Source: Felis catus
Lineage: Eukaryota
Length of the DNA: 64,000 nt
Direction of reading: 5' to 3'
Assembly: GCF_018350175.1 (NCBI RefSeq)
Contig: NC_058368.1
Location: forward strand, 68,822,001 to 68,886,000
Positions 13,971 to 28,229 of the stretch are shown one piece after another. Below the pieces are notes generated by a model that saw nothing but the letters and a program-made list of their open reading frames with translations, had not been told where the DNA came from and made no database searches. Within the stretch, counting starts at the first letter, position 1. Every line of letters starts with the position of its first letter. The position numbers were made by a program, and so were the translations under genes.

Positions 13971-14514
13971 AGCTATTTTTATGGAGGGTGGGACCACGTC
14001 TTAGTACCCTGTGTGTAATTCCAGCCCAGCTTCTGGCATAGAGCAGATGCTCTACAAAATGTTTGTCGAGTGAATAAAGGAACGGAGGCATGTGGCTCTG
14101 CCCGCAGGGCACAGCCTGGAGAAGCCCCACACCTGTGGACAAGCCGCTATGCCTACACCTGCCCAGGCGGTTTTGTTTTTTTTTTTTTTTCTGAACAAAG
14201 TGCCGCTTCCTTCTGCTGCAGTTTGGCTCGCAGGCCGGTCCCCCGCCACCAAGTAACGCAGACCAGCCCGAGAGAAGTGTTCTCTGCTTGTGTTGCTAAA
14301 AACGAACGCACTCTTGAAAGGGCCCCCTAGCTTTCCCATCTTCTTCCACGGCTTCTTCCCCCAATCTTCCTCTTTCCCCTGCTGTCTTTTCTCATCTTCC
14401 CTTGCTGCCCACCGCTTCCCTAGGCTCAGACCATTCCTCACCCACCCCGCCCCCACCTCCTCCTGGCAGCCCTCCCAGCCCGAATACCAGCAACCAGGGC
14501 ACTCCAGCTTTGTC

Positions 14515-14842
14515 ACAAGTATATTTATAATCAGGTGTGATATGCGAGATATTTTAAAATAAATACCTCCCAGGTGGGTAGCCACCAGTCAGTGGCACCA
14601 GAGCTGGCTCAGGGAGGCCCCCTGCTGTGCAGGATTTAACACTTCCATTGCTGGGATGGGGGGGGGGGGGCAGGCACGGTGGTGGGGGGAGGTGCTAGGA
14701 TTGGGGGGGTGGCTGGAGTGACCAGAGTAGTGAACAGCGGCGGGACAGCAGCTGCTTTTTAAACTGGGACAGAAGGACTTCCAGTATTTTGATAAATAGC
14801 ACAGCTATACAGGAGCATACCCCCTAAACATCAGCCATTAGG
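14515..14842 (+). mobile_element. Ancient DNA-transposon-like (MER) repeat, same family as 36490-36760
   Basis: Internal block agagctggctcagggaggccccctgctgtgcaggatttaac and 3' block ...tattttgat...aacatcagcc resemble the copy at 36.5 kb; family not assigned. Confidence 0.5.
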
Positions 14843-16066
14843 GCTGATGGTCTCTTTGTGTCTGAATTCCAGGAAGGCCTCCGAGGGGGGGTAGGTGATT
14901 CACTACTCACTTTACAAATCAGACTGGAAAAGTCTGTAGGAAAATGAAGATGTATAATAACGTTTTATGCCTTTGGATAGATGTCACTTATTTTTAAAAA
15001 CTGGCCAGCCTCTGGAATTGCTGATAAAAATGGCAGCCAGTGTTTACTGAGCATTTACTTTGCTCCAGGTGCTGCTCGAAGGCCTTTCTAAGGCCTCAGG
15101 AATGTAACTCCCACAGAGTGGTTGTGAATTAGTCTGGCTTGTTTTAATTTGCCCCTTCCACATACATCCAACTAGAGAATCTGATAAAGATCTTAGTTTA
15201 GATGTGAAATGTCCCTTCCTTTAGAGCGATCCCTGGGCCCTAAACTAGTTGGGGCTCCCTACAGTATGTCCACACAGCACCCCTGAATTCCTCCTGTCAG
15301 GGCATGGGTCACTCGTGTTAGTCGCCCATTTCATATCACAGGGCTTGGCACATAGAAGGGGCTCGAGAAGATTTATCAAAAAGAAAAAAGGGCAATCATT
15401 GGATAATGTGCACTCTCTCTAAGAGTCCCTGTACTGCAGGTATTTGCAGGAGAGGTATAATAAATAGACTAGAAAGGTGTGCCCTTCCCCACAGGAAAAA
15501 TGCTACTGCTGTGATATTAATATTTCATACAGCTTCTGTTTCACCCATGGCCATGGTAATACACGTTAGCCTATCTAAACACCATGGAATTAAACAACCA
15601 CTAGACTGGTTTTGTGTTATGTTGATATTTTATCACAGTTCACACTAACCAATGTACCTCTGTGACAAAAGACAGTTATCTTCCAATTAAACAAAATAAT
15701 TTTCAAATAAGGCATCTGATGCCCAGATATTAGTTTCCTTAAATCTCTCGAGAACACAGGGGCAGTTTTTAGTCTCATTGATGTCTCTTAATTGGCACAT
15801 TTTCAGTTAGCATATGAACTGAAAAGACCAGTAAAAACAGGGTGTGGCTCCTTAATTAAAACTGACAAACAGCTCTTTCCAAATACATGACAAAAATGGT
15901 ACCAGAAAACTAAAACTGCACAGGCAACCAAAATCCATTTAAGAAAATAAAAATTTCAACGTGCTTTGAAATGGCAAGCTACAAACAAATAACCCTCTTT
16001 GTCTCTCTTCCTCGTTCATCACTTTTTATGTTTTGCCTACTTAAAATGGTTACAAAATTCGGTCTT

Positions 16067-16096
16067 TTTCTGACTTTTTCTTTAATGTTTGTTTAT

Positions 16097-16144
<48 letters not shown>

Positions 16145-16308
16145 AAGCAGGGGAAGGGCAGAGAAAGACGGAGACATAGAATCCGAAGTAGGCTCCAGGC
16201 TCTGAGCTGTCAGCACAGAGCCCAAAGCAGGGCTGGAACTCATAGGCCATGAGATCATGACCTGAGCTGAAGTCGGATGCTTAACTGACTGAGCCACCCA
16301 GGTGCCCC
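16067..16308 (-). mobile_element. Can-SINE (SINEC_Fc-like)
   Basis: Full body with long (GA)n; 15-bp TSD ACAAAATT(C/A)GGTCTT at 16052-16066 and 16309-16323. Confidence 0.95.
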
Positions 16309-16364
16309 ACAAAATTAGGTCTTAATGGCACTTAACAATAGTGCTTGAAGGAATAAGGCAGTTG

Positions 16365-17385
16365 TCACAATGAAGGAAACCATCAACAAAACAAAAAAAG
16401 CAACCTACTGAATGGGACAAGATATTTGTAAATAACGATGCATCCAATACGGAGTTAATATCCAAAATATATAAGGAACTTACAGAACTCAACACCAAAC
16501 TAATAATAATCATTATCATCATCATCCAATTTAAGAAATGAGCAGAGGACCTGAATAGGTATTTTTTCCATAGAAGACATCCAGATGGCCAACAGACACA
16601 CGAAAAGATGCTCAACACCAGTCATCCTCAGGGAAGTGCAAATCAAAACAACAATGAACTGTCACCTCACACCTGTCAGAATAGCTAAAATCAAAAGCAC
16701 AAGAAACAACAGGTGTTGGTTAGGACGTGGAGAAAAGGAACCCTCTTGTACTGTTGGTGAGAATGCAAACTGGAACAGCCACTGTGGAAAACTGTATGGA
16801 GGTTCCCCCCAAAATTAAAAACAGAATTACCATATGATCCAATAATTCTACTACTGGGTTTTTGCCCAAAGAAAGCAAATACATGAATTCAAAAAGATAA
16901 ATGCACCCCTGTGTTCGTTGCAGCATTATTTATAGTAGCCAAGATATGGAAGCAGCCCAAGTGTCCATCCATAGATGAATGGGTGAAGAAGATGTGTCTA
17001 TGTGTAATGGACTATTACTGAGCCGTAAAAAAAGAATGACATCTCGCCATTTGCAACAACATGGATGTACTGAGAGGGGAAAATGCCATGTAAAGTAAGT
17101 CAGAGGAAAACAAATAGGGTATGATTTCACCGATATGTGGAAGTCAAGAAACAAAACAAAGGCAGAAAGAAAAAAAGCGACAAACAAGAAACAGATTCTT
17201 GAATACAGAGAACAGACTGGTGATTGCCAGAGGGGAGGTGAGTGGGGTGATGGGTGAAATAGATAAGGGGGATTAAGAGCACTAAGTAGGTATCAAATTG
17301 TTGAATCACTACACTGTCCACCTGAAACTAATATAACACTGTATGTTAATTATACTTCCATTGAAAAATTAAAAATACAAACAAA
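16365..17385 (+). mobile_element. 5'-truncated carnivore L1 (ORF2 C-terminus, 3'UTR, A-tail)
   Basis: ORF2 remnant [37 protein letters not shown]; degenerate TSD gaataaggcagttg (16351-16364) / gaacagggcagttg (17386-17399). Confidence 0.92.
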
Positions 17386-20300
17386 GAACAGGGCAGTTGC
17401 ACTGGCATAATGGAGCCTGAGTCACAAGTCTATTGACGAGACACTGGGGATGGCCCTAAGGTCTTCCCAGCCCTCTATTCATAATAAAAGGTCCTCAATG
17501 CATATCTAAAGAGGGGAAGACTCAGAAGCATTTGAAGCACTCTCTAAGGAAGGTAAAAAGCATTAGCACTGGGGGAGAGCTCTGAATATCACCCCACCGG
17601 TACAGCAGTGGAATGACAGGCAATGCCAGTTTCTGGAAAGAAAATGCTACCATTACCACCTTTACTTGGGCCAGCCATCTACCCAGTGAGATTCAGGCCT
17701 CCTCATTCCCCCTCCTCCTCCCAGCTCCTCCCAGCTCGTAGCTGTGCAAAGGCGGGTAAAATTGGAGGTGTTGGTAGCTGCCTATCAGCATTTGTGATTT
17801 TCCCTCGTTTCCCCATCTGGCTACTTTCTCCAGCCTTCCTTCTATCTTCCCACACGTTTCCTCCATACTGTGGGAGCGAGAGATAAAGGAACACTCCCTA
17901 GAAAAGAGAAGATCAGATCATAAATATTCCCTTTTTAATCTGTCTTTAATAAGGGCAATGTTTTATGCTCTTTACCAAAAGAGAAGTGCATATATGGACC
18001 ACAAAAGGTAGATTGTAATACAAATTGAACTAAATCACTAATAAACAGAAAGTACTTATTTTAAATTCATTCATAATATTGATGATCTGGGCAACTGCTC
18101 ATTTTGATGAAAGTTCTGGTTATCATTTGCTTGTAGCGATTCCCTGAATTCAGTTTCCTCTAATTCCAAAGTCCTTATGTGGTTGTATTTTATTTGCTCT
18201 ATTATGTAGTTGGAACTAATAATACAAGGAGCTCATGTGGTTCAATTAGTTTATTTAAATTCAAAAGAAGCTTAAAAGCCTAATCTGTCACTTGCCTTAG
18301 AGTACAGCTATTTCAGCCGCATAGTTAACGTTATAAATTAGGCCCTGATGTGAATAACCGTTTTATTCCCCTACACTTTTACTTGCCCATATCCTTCCGG
18401 AAATGTGCTGCAGAAGGAAGAAAAGGGTTTAGGCCAAATGTTAAACTCAGCCTCTTGCCACCTGACAGTGACCCATAAAAATGATGGCCCAATATAAATA
18501 TCAATGAAGACCTTTATTTTTCCCCACTTTGAAAAAACCTTGAGAGGGTCTGAAATTGTAGGGAAACGGAGGCGGCGGGTGGGTCGTCAGGCCAGTTCAG
18601 TCACTTGGAAACGTCTGCTGGACATCTTCTATGCACAAGAACCAAACGGTGGTCTGACTGAATTTCTCACTTTCAAGCTGTGTACCACTGTAGGTACTTA
18701 ATAAATCCTCCTAGACTTAATCAGCTTGACTTAATTTGCCACTTCTGTTGGCGCATCTCATGCCTTGTCTGTCACATAGACTTCTCAACTGTTCTCGAAC
18801 ACGTTGGAGCTGTTGCCAACAGAAGTCCCTGGTGTCACTCTTTACTGTAACTGTTGCTGTACGTAGTTGTCCCCTTTCACTAGATTAGGGACATTCGAGA
18901 GGAAATAGATGTGGAATAGACAATGCATAGAAAATTACGATGTTTCCAGAGCAACTTCTGCTAGCTCTCCAGCTGTCACAACCATCAGAAGGGGTTGAGA
19001 TATGGGAATACGATGGCCCCCATTTGAACAGATGAAAAAATGGAGACACAGACCATTATGATGATTTGTAAAAGTTAGTATAGCCATTTGGGGATGAAGC
19101 CACAACCAGAATGTCAGGATTTTCCCACTATAATGCATATTTGCTTTTGATTCTAGATTAGTCATGCCATGTCAATCAGCCCTGGCAAGTTTCAGCAGGA
19201 AAAATACCAAAGAAAAACAGATCTGAGGCTCTTCTGAAGACAGAAATGGCCTGTGTTGGCCATTGTTCTGTGACAACAAGAATAACCAAGGGTTAAAGAG
19301 CTTGGGAGACAGGCCAGAGAGAAGCAAGGGATGGAGAGACGAAAGTAGGATTAGCGAAGTTGTTTTTAATTCCATTTATCTTTATCTACTGTGCAATGAC
19401 GGTGTTAACAGTAATAGTAATGATAAGGGTGAGGATGAGGCTGAAAATAATAAGAGTAATCATATCAAAAACTTACGGAGGGCTTACTAGGTGCCAGAAA
19501 CTGTTCGCACACTTTACAGGCATCAACTCATAATCTTTACTGAAAGTCTAGAGGTAGAACTATTGTTATGTCTGTTTTGCGGATGTGGCGACTGGAGGCC
19601 ACCAAGCCCCGTGGCAAGAAGAGCAACGCTGGATTCGGGGCCAAAGTAGTTCAGGAAAGAGTCTGTTCCCTTTACCACTAGTTCAAACGGCTCCTCCAAA
19701 AGGGTTTCCGAGACAGAACAGGTCTCAGGAGTGTCACTCCAGGACGAGAATCTGTCGTCACATCAGGGTTCCGTTAAGCTACCCTCACGCGGGTGGAATG
19801 CAAGGGAATCCGAGAGCCTCTCTCACGGCCAGCCTTGGGGTCCAAGGCAGACCCCTGGACTCAGAGTGTCCCCGCAGGCCAGTCTCAGAGCACATGCCGT
19901 CTCCCCTCGATGGTTAGTCAGCCCTTGCCATTCTACAGCTGGCCGCTCGCTGGAAAATACCACCATGTGCTGAAAGCAGGGTGTGGCCAGGACCCAACTG
20001 GGAGAGGCAGAATTCAGTAGGTCAGACTGTGTTTCCCGAACCTCCCCTGGAATGATTCCCCCCGAAAAGGATCTTTTTAGAGTCTGCGGATCCGTGGCTC
20101 AGCCCACACCAAGACACGATTCCAATTATTGCCAAGTGATATGTACCGTAGGGAACCTCGTAACTGTTTGAATTGTTATATATAAAATCCATAGCTCTCC
20201 CATGGAAAACTAATGGGACGTGTTCTGTGAGCTATTCCTGTGGGCAAAAACTCCTATTGTTAATCCCTTTAACAATCTCCTAATTAATCTGTTTTCTTTT

Positions 20301-21099
20301 TGGCTTCCATATTTTAATTGACTTTTTCAATTAGGAGCATATTAGAAAAAGATTCTAAAAATTACTTGTTTTAAAATAAGCATTTAGAAAATCTCATTTT
20401 CCAGTTACACTTTCCCCCCTCCCCCACACCGACCTGATTCTGAAATCTTTTCTTAGCCAAGGCTGCGTTTATTCGATCCCACGCCATGTAATGTAATGGC
20501 CGTGTAATTCTGATGGCTCCAATCTGTTGTTCTGCCAAATTACAGATTATAGTTATTTAGCATCTTTCCCCATTCTGTTGAGAATCAACACAGATACTCT
20601 GTATTAGAATCTTCCACGGTCACTTACTTTAATAAACTTAATTCGGCTTGAAATTTTTACTCGCTACTCCTTAATCTAAATATTCCTGGAATAGAGATTA
20701 TTGTGAAGGTAAAATAAACTGCACAAACCCTACGTAGACTCTGTCGGAATCCGCTATTCTTTTAAAATAAGCTGTCTCCAGACAATGCAAACTATAATAA
20801 AATTAAAGTAGTAAACAAAAAGTATAAAATGCAATAATCACGGTGAGATTCTGCATGTAGCTAGTATAAAACGGCGCTACTCTCCTGCTTAAAAACTCTG
20901 GGGCAATGAAGTTCAAACCCCTTAATGTGGCTCCATTTGCTGCCTGTTTTGTAAAGGTTCTCACTCCTGCTCCAACCCACACCCGCTCCTGTACTCCAGC
21001 CTCGGGAAACCATGCAAGCCCCTTGCCCCCCACCCACCCCATGTGCATTCATCTTGCACATTCTCTTCCTCTGGTTCTCCTTTTGTATTCTCTCCCCTC

Positions 21100-21145
<46 letters not shown>
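21100..21145 (+). repeat. (AC)n microsatellite
   Basis: Visible run. Confidence 0.95.
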
Positions 21146-21147
<2 letters not shown>

Positions 21148-21159
21148 AGGCACCACTCA

Positions 21160-21459
21160 CTCCTCTGCCTCATTCCTTCTCAAATCCTTTGGGTCTCAGT
21201 GTAAATGTCACTTCTTCAGCGTCCTTCCCTGACCCACCTGTCTCAATTTTGACCATCTCCCACTCTCCTGTCTCAGCGTTCTCCTCAGAACACGTATCAC
21301 AATCTGTAATTATACATTTATGGGTGTCATTATTTGGTTAGTACCCCTGTTCACCCCTAGACTGCAGGCGTTAGGAAGGTAGGCAGGGTGTTGTGCTAAC
21401 ACAATGTCTGACACACACATAGTAGGATCTCAATAAATATTTGTTGAATGAATGAATGA
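21160..21459 (+). mobile_element. L2 3' end
   Basis: Ends in ctcaataaatatttgttgaatgaatgaatga, the typical L2 terminus. Confidence 0.75.
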
Positions 21460-22449
21460 GACCCAAGCTTGAAAGTACACGAAGAACAATGGTGAATGTG
21501 ATCCAGACCACTTATGGTTTCCATACGACCTGAAGCTAAGGTCTCAGGAGCTTTGATCCCCACATCGGCCCCTCCTATGGGCCCATCTGCCTGCCCTTGC
21601 CTGGGCTCCTGAGGTTGATTTCCCTAAGACTCTTCACACAGATTCTGCAATGGCATCCTCGGATCTCCATCCCACAGAAGCCGAACGGTCCCCTTCTCTA
21701 GAGGCTGCACCCTACCTCTCTCATTTCCCCAGAAACAGTGTTTAACCAAGAACTAAAAAGGAGGAAGAGTTGAAATAAAACAAAACAAAACAAAAAAACA
21801 TCCTAGCGGCCACAGGAAGACTTTTCCAAGACATTTTTATCTTTATTTCTTGGACTAAAATCAGGAGATACTACTTTTGACACTTCTGTTGTGTTTCACA
21901 ATGACAAACAAAGACACTTTACATTTCTGCATGCTGCCCTCTCCCATTCGGTTATGACAACTTGCTATGATAATCAACAGTTTTTGTGCGATGATGCGTA
22001 TCCCACGAATCGTATGCCTTAACAAAAACTTCCTTACAAATTGTTTACTGTGTCAAATAGCTCGTTATGGTTTGACAGTAGCTTTTCCTTTAGGATTTTA
22101 GAGTCCTGTAGGATCCTTTACTAAGATTCTGCCTGGATTTTCTCAGTTCTTGAGTTAGTATGCCCCAAACATCCATGATGCAACACGCTTCAAAATATTT
22201 ACGCTAGATTGAACTACGGTGCAGGGGTGTGTCTTTAAGTATGGGTACTTGCAGAAATACCCTGTAGAACTGAAAATAATTTTAAATATAAAATACTTGA
22301 ATAAGCATAATTAAGTAGCTTTCATCAAGTTTTTAAGTAAAACTCTACTCCACAGAAGAACCAAAAAGCCAGTGCAATTAAATGTGATCCATACTTATTG
22401 TAAATAAAATGCCATATGTAAATATTTTCTCTTTTTTGGTAATATTAAC

Positions 22450-23105
22450 AACATTTACTCAACACTTACCATGTACCAGGAAGATGTACCTCTAAACCTT
22501 GTGCATATATTAATTTATTTAATCCCACAACAGCCCTTAGAGGAAAACACAATTGTTTTTATTGTACAGATTTAAAAAAACTGATGCACAAAAAATTCAA
22601 GTAATTTGCTCAAAGTTATGCAGTGAGGAGGGACAGAACCAAGTTATGTGCCTAGGAGTCTGCCTCCAGAGCCTGTGAGCTTAACCATTTCTTTATCCCC
22701 CCACCGAAGGACAGACCACTACCAAGGAATAGACCAAGGCAAATAATCTTTTCTATTCCCAAATTCTCATATATATTTTACTATATGTTAAATTGTGTTA
22801 TGCATTCTAACTATTATATTATATATATGTGCCCATGTTATTTTATCAAGGATAACACTAGATTTTAATCTTTCCTAGATTTTAACTATTGCCAAGAACT
22901 AGCTTGGTATAGTGATGTAATTGAGTCAGGAAGACCTGAATTTAGAATCCAGCTCTACCACTTACCCATTAGCTGACCTTGGGAAAGTTCCTTAATTATT
23001 TGTGAACCCCTTTGTTATTTTGTAAGATGGGGATCATGATAGCTGTTGTAAGGGGAAAATGAGATAACCGTGTATAAATTGCCTGGCACGTGGATGATCA
23101 ATAAT
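22450..23105. mobile_element. Two MIR SINEs in opposite orientation (about 22450-22690 minus, about 22900-23105 plus)
   Basis: acatttactcaacacttaccatgtaccagg...aagtaatttgctcaaag; agtcaggaagacctgaa...gctgaccttgggaaagttcc. Confidence 0.65.
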
Positions 23106-25549
23106 ACGCCTTATTCCGAATGTGTAAATGAGAACACTAGGAAATTACATTAATTCTCATGAAAAAGAAGGTCCCATCAATAAATTACTAATTTGATGTT
23201 GTAAATCATGTTCTCTTGGCTGAAAATGGTTTATACCATTCCTTAAGTGTCCTGGCTGTTATCAAAAGATAATAGCATTTACAAGAAAACCATATTTTTC
23301 TAGCCTAATCGAAATTTTTACATGTAGCTACAAAGGATTACATTAGAAGACCAGTGGGTCAAATGGACAATTAGATGAATGAGCAACACCGAAGAGCCAA
23401 ATTGGTAGAAGTGTAGACATGTCACAAATTCTTCCACCATTCCATGGAACTCTACTTTCCCGAATCCCCCGCATTGGGCCCAGCCGTATGTCTGTGCACA
23501 CAGGCCTGTAAAGGTACTCTGTATACCTCAGCCTCCAGGTCAAATGATTGTGCTGAAAGAGTGTGGATTGAGGTTGTCACAGAGGAGCCTGAGGTGCATT
23601 CTCTTCTGTACGAGAAATATCGTTCTGTTTAATCCGCCTCCACCCCTGCCGATGGGCAGCAGCTACGTCCTGTATCCCATGAACCACCTCCCATCACAGA
23701 TGATAGGAGTGTATGTGGGCACTTGGCAGAGAGGCAGCCAATCCAGAGACTGGCCACACGTCTGTGTTGTAGGAGCTGGCCCGATAAGAATGCCTCTTCG
23801 GGACTGGATTTTAGCAAACAGAAACTTGCAGGCAATTGTCAAGGAGGACAGAAAGGGAAATAAACAAAGAGAAACCTAAAGCAAGTTGGTAGGGCTGGAG
23901 GGACCCTGGGACATCACAAAACAAAGAGCGAAGTGAAGTGAGGATAAAAACTATCCCCCAAAATTGCAAACAAAAGGAGATGGAGAGAGAAAGAAAGGGA
24001 TTCCTAGACCACTTTGATTTACATTCTCTTTCATTGTGGTTTCAGTCTATCTGTCTTCACAATAGACCTTCCAATAGTTGACCGGGGATGGCAATTTCAC
24101 ACATAGGAAGCTGCATGACACCTTCACAATATGAGCCTGAGACCAAGGGGACACACTGACATATAACCATTGTTACAGAATTTTATTAGCAGAAATGTGA
24201 CCAATTCCCTCTGATGTCCCCAGTACCTGACTATGTCCTACACTCAGTGGGTGACACAACCTTTAATGCTGCTAATAGTAGAGCCTGAGGACAGCATTGG
24301 TTGATGACCACAGACCACTAGGACTGAGCCCACGACCGACATCTGCCCCCTCTCCACTGCGGTGGGGAAAGGTTCAGACTGGAGAGGGAGCCAATACAAC
24401 CAAAAGTGCAGCCGGAATTAGTGGGAGACAGAGTGAGAACTCCAGATGTTTAGAATTAGGATGACTATAAACAAATTTGTTTCTCCAGATCCACCAAGCT
24501 TGCTGTTTAAAATTATTTTTATATCTGGTAAACAAAGCCATATTCTCTTGGTTGCAAATAGACTAATTCTTTAGGGAATGATAATACTCATACCAGTTGG
24601 CTCTTGTAAAGAAGAAAAGAGTATTTGCCCTTCTTTCTCCAGAAATTGCATGAGTCACACGTTAACATGATTGTCTCGATCGGTACTTCTGGAAACTTGG
24701 GAACTCAGTATGAACCCTGCATCAGCGATTACTCTCCAAGACGGGTTTTATGCACACCTGCCACCCAATTATTATTTTTTGTTGTTGTTGTTGGGCCAAC
24801 TTTAACATCCAAATGTTACTTTAGCCATAAGCACTCTTCGGACACAACATTTGATACAGTTGTCATGGGAACAGGGCAGGGCCATGGGGTAACCACTTTT
24901 GTGTACCAAACAAATTAGCCGCAGGTAATGATCTGAGTTTATGCCTGGAGATTTCATTAATGCATCGATTACTAAGAAATGTCCACTCCTATACTTCCAT
25001 TGCGTCTCCTTTAATGATTTGAATTAGGGATATCTTCAGCCAATGTGGAACACACATTTCAAGGAATTAGTATTACTGTCCCCACTGCACACACTCAGTA
25101 CATGATTATTCATATTTGGTCATGCACAAACCAATGCAGAGCAAGTTCAAAGACTCCTTTTGATAAGTCCCGATAAATACGTTCCTCTGCTTGCCTTCCA
25201 CACTGCCTAGGCTAAGGGTCTGCCTTTCCTCCTAGCCCTCACATTCCTTTAGAGTCTGTTGTCAGAGTGGGAATCCGCTAGAAAGAACAACAGAAAAAAA
25301 AATCTCAAGAAGCTTCTCTGCTGAACAGGTTTCAGCAAGATTGATAATCACCTAATGCCTGATTCACTCCTTGTATGTTCCAAGTCTGTTCTATGTTCCA
25401 ACGGGAGGGTGCGTGCACGTGCACACGCGCACACGCCCACACTCACACACGGGTTCCTTGCCTTTGTCTACATGGAGCGATTGTGAAATGGTTGACAGTA
25501 GATGAAAACTACTCCTAACAGTCCTAAAACCAAAACATTCGTTTTACAG

Positions 25550-25714
25550 GGCCGTTGTTCACGAGAAAACTGCAAGTATCTTCATCCTCCAACACATTTA
25601 AAAACTCAACTAGAAATTAATGGGAGGAACAATTTGATCCAGCAAAAAACTGCTGCAGCGATGCTTGCCCAGCAGATGCAATTTATGTTTCCAGGAACCC
25701 CACTCCATCCAGTG
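25550..25714 (+). CDS. MBNL2: MBNL2 internal coding exon, 165 nt (second half of CCCH zinc finger 2 plus start of linker)
   Basis: ttttacag|GGC...CCAGTG|gtgagt; translates [55 protein letters not shown], the MBNL2-type sequence; phase 0/0. Confidence 0.97.
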
Positions 25715-27652
25715 GTGAGTACATCGCATCTAATGATGGGCTTGATGATTAAAGTGTTGGTACGGGCAGCGCCACATTGACCTAAAATGGCCTCGCTCTA
25801 CTTTGTCTCTGGCTACAATTAAAGCAAATAGCTTTGAAGCTAAATGGTTTCTGAAAATAGGGTTTTTGAAATTATTTAAATGGAAAAAGTGTGTGTGGAA
25901 ACAGTAGGCAAAGACAGTTTCTAAGCAGTGTCTGGGAAATCTGTGTCCCTCCCAACTCGGGCTCACCGGTAAACTCCACCTTTGAACCATCTTAGAACAG
26001 AAAGAGTTCGACATTTTCATTTAGAGTACGAAGTGATGATCTATGTGAAGAGCAGGTTTCGATGCCTAGCACGTTGTTAGCAATCTAGCAGGTGGACTCT
26101 TCCGTTCAATGGTGTCGTTTTAAGGATGAGCGAAGGGAGAAACCCGAGAGGCTGAACCATTTACCCGATGTCTTGCAGCTAATATGCTGTGTTTCGGGCA
26201 CTGGGGCTCAGACATTGGGAGCAGGGCGCTGTCTGCAGTGTGCTGGGCCTGAAGCCCCACAGCAGCCAGAGAGGAGGCTGCCTTAGCCACCCACACTCCG
26301 CTGCCTCTCAGAGGCCTGGGAAGGGTGTGGCGCTGTGGCCAGGGCCCCAAGAGTAAATGCTCAAGGGAGTTCAGGCTTTGAATATGTATTGTGTCATATT
26401 TTCTCCCTGATTTCAGTGTTTGAAAGTATTTCCTTAAAGGTCTGGAAATTGTTTTAGGAATGAGGCCCTGGGGGAAAGGAGCGCATTGGGCTTCAGTGGA
26501 ATTCATTTACATCTGTGAATTATTTGTCAAAAACAAGCTAATTTTAAAAAAACACACACACAACAAAGCCAGTAAAGTGAGAGATACTTGCTTTTTTAAA
26601 GCAGTACATACACAAAAGACTATTGTTTAAAAATTAGTCTTTATTGTGTGAAAAGTCCTTGTGATTGAAGGCTGCTAAATTAAAAAGGACGCTGCAGCTG
26701 AGATGTACTTTCTTGAGTGTCTGCGGGATGAGGTGGGGAGGGTGGGAAGGCCCTGGTGAAGGGAGAATCTGGGCAGATCCTTAGCTCTGCTGGTGCTTCT
26801 GCTCAAGAATGGTGGACAGGACAAAGTAGCCAGGACCCAGCTCTGCCCAGAGGGGGGGAAAAAATCCAGGTGCATGGGGATCCAGCAATAATAAGATACA
26901 GTCTTTGGGGGGTAGACAGAGTCATGAGAAGGGCGAGGTAAGATTCAGGCACAGGGAATTATGATTTTGAATGAGGCAAGAAATGCTACTTGGAGAAAAT
27001 CCCAAATAACTGTATCCCAAAGGATGAGTAGTTGGGAGCCTAAATGTAAGGACAACATAGACAGAGTTCTGCATACATTTAACACCAAATATAGGCATTT
27101 AAGTGGATCTGTTTAAAACCACACACACATGTATAATTCATGGTTCTCTATTGATATTCGCACATAAATTATTTTATTAAATTACCTAAGGCTAAAATAA
27201 TTTAGCTTTTCGTCTTGAATAATGTCTGTAGGAATAAATTTGGAACCACCGAGATCAACACAGTCACACAGTATTGTGTGTCTGTCTCACTCACTTTAAT
27301 CATTCACTTCTTATTTATTTAGAATTCATAAAGATTGACCCCCCCCAAAAGTGGCAATGTTAATAAGAAAAGCCCATTCCCGTTGTTAGCTGTTAGTTGA
27401 AATCATTTTTGAAAGTTATGTTTATATATTGTCTCAAATATTAATTAGAAGTTAATAATCATGATTTGTCTATGAAAAAGACATTTAATATTACATTTAA
27501 TATTTATATTACATTTCATATTACATTTAAATATTTTAGTAGAGGCTTCTAAATCACAAGAAATCTCAGAATAAAAAGTGTGATAAACTTAAAAATCATC
27601 AACTCTACAAATAACTTCAGAATCTCAGGAATGCGTTAGTGACGTCGTACAG

Positions 27653-28110
27653 CATAGTAAGCCAAATAATGGCCCTGAAAGGTACGTGGAACCTGTACAT
27701 GTCACCTCTAAGGAAACCAAGTCATCTTTGCAGATATGATTAAGTTAGGCATCTTGAGATGGGGCAATCCTCTTGAAATAAATGCAATCACAAGTATCCT
27801 TATGAGAAAGAGGCAGAAGGAGAGTTGACACATACAGAAGAGGAGAACAGCAATGTGCCCATAGAGGCAGAGACAAGTGACGAGGCCACAAACCAAAGAA
27901 TGCCAGCTGCCACCTGAAGATAGAAGAGACAAGGAATAGATTCTTCCCTGGAGTCTCCAGAGGGAGCACGAAATGCCAATACCTTGATTTGGGCCCAGTG
28001 AAACTGACTTCAGACTTCTGGCCCTCAGAACAATCAAAGGATAATTTTGTGTTGTTTTAAGTTGCCAAGTTTGTGGAAATTTCTCAGACTAGCTACAAGA
28101 AACTAATACA
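27653..28110 (+). mobile_element. MaLR (MLT1C/D-like) solo LTR
   Basis: ctttgcagatatgattaagttagg, caaggaatagattcttccctggagtctcca, ends aaactaataca; TSD TACAG/TGCAG. Confidence 0.85.
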
Positions 28111-28229
28111 TGCAGGAATTGCTTAAGACAAATAAACTGATAAACATGGGAGCAGAAGAACCACGCCATTTTTAGGTTTCCTTCTAAGCTAAATTTCTCT
28201 AAAAAAAAAAAAAAAAAAAACGGTGGATA

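Noticed and set aside
14052..14585. Longest ORF in the track (177 aa, minus strand)
   Set aside because: Non-ATG start, crosses a poly-T run and a pyrimidine-rich tract, no recognisable domain
25502..25780. ORF-track start and stop used as MBNL2 exon limits (also 39060-39353 and 47320-47505)
   Set aside because: These ORFs run into intron; the true limits are set by AG/GT splice sites
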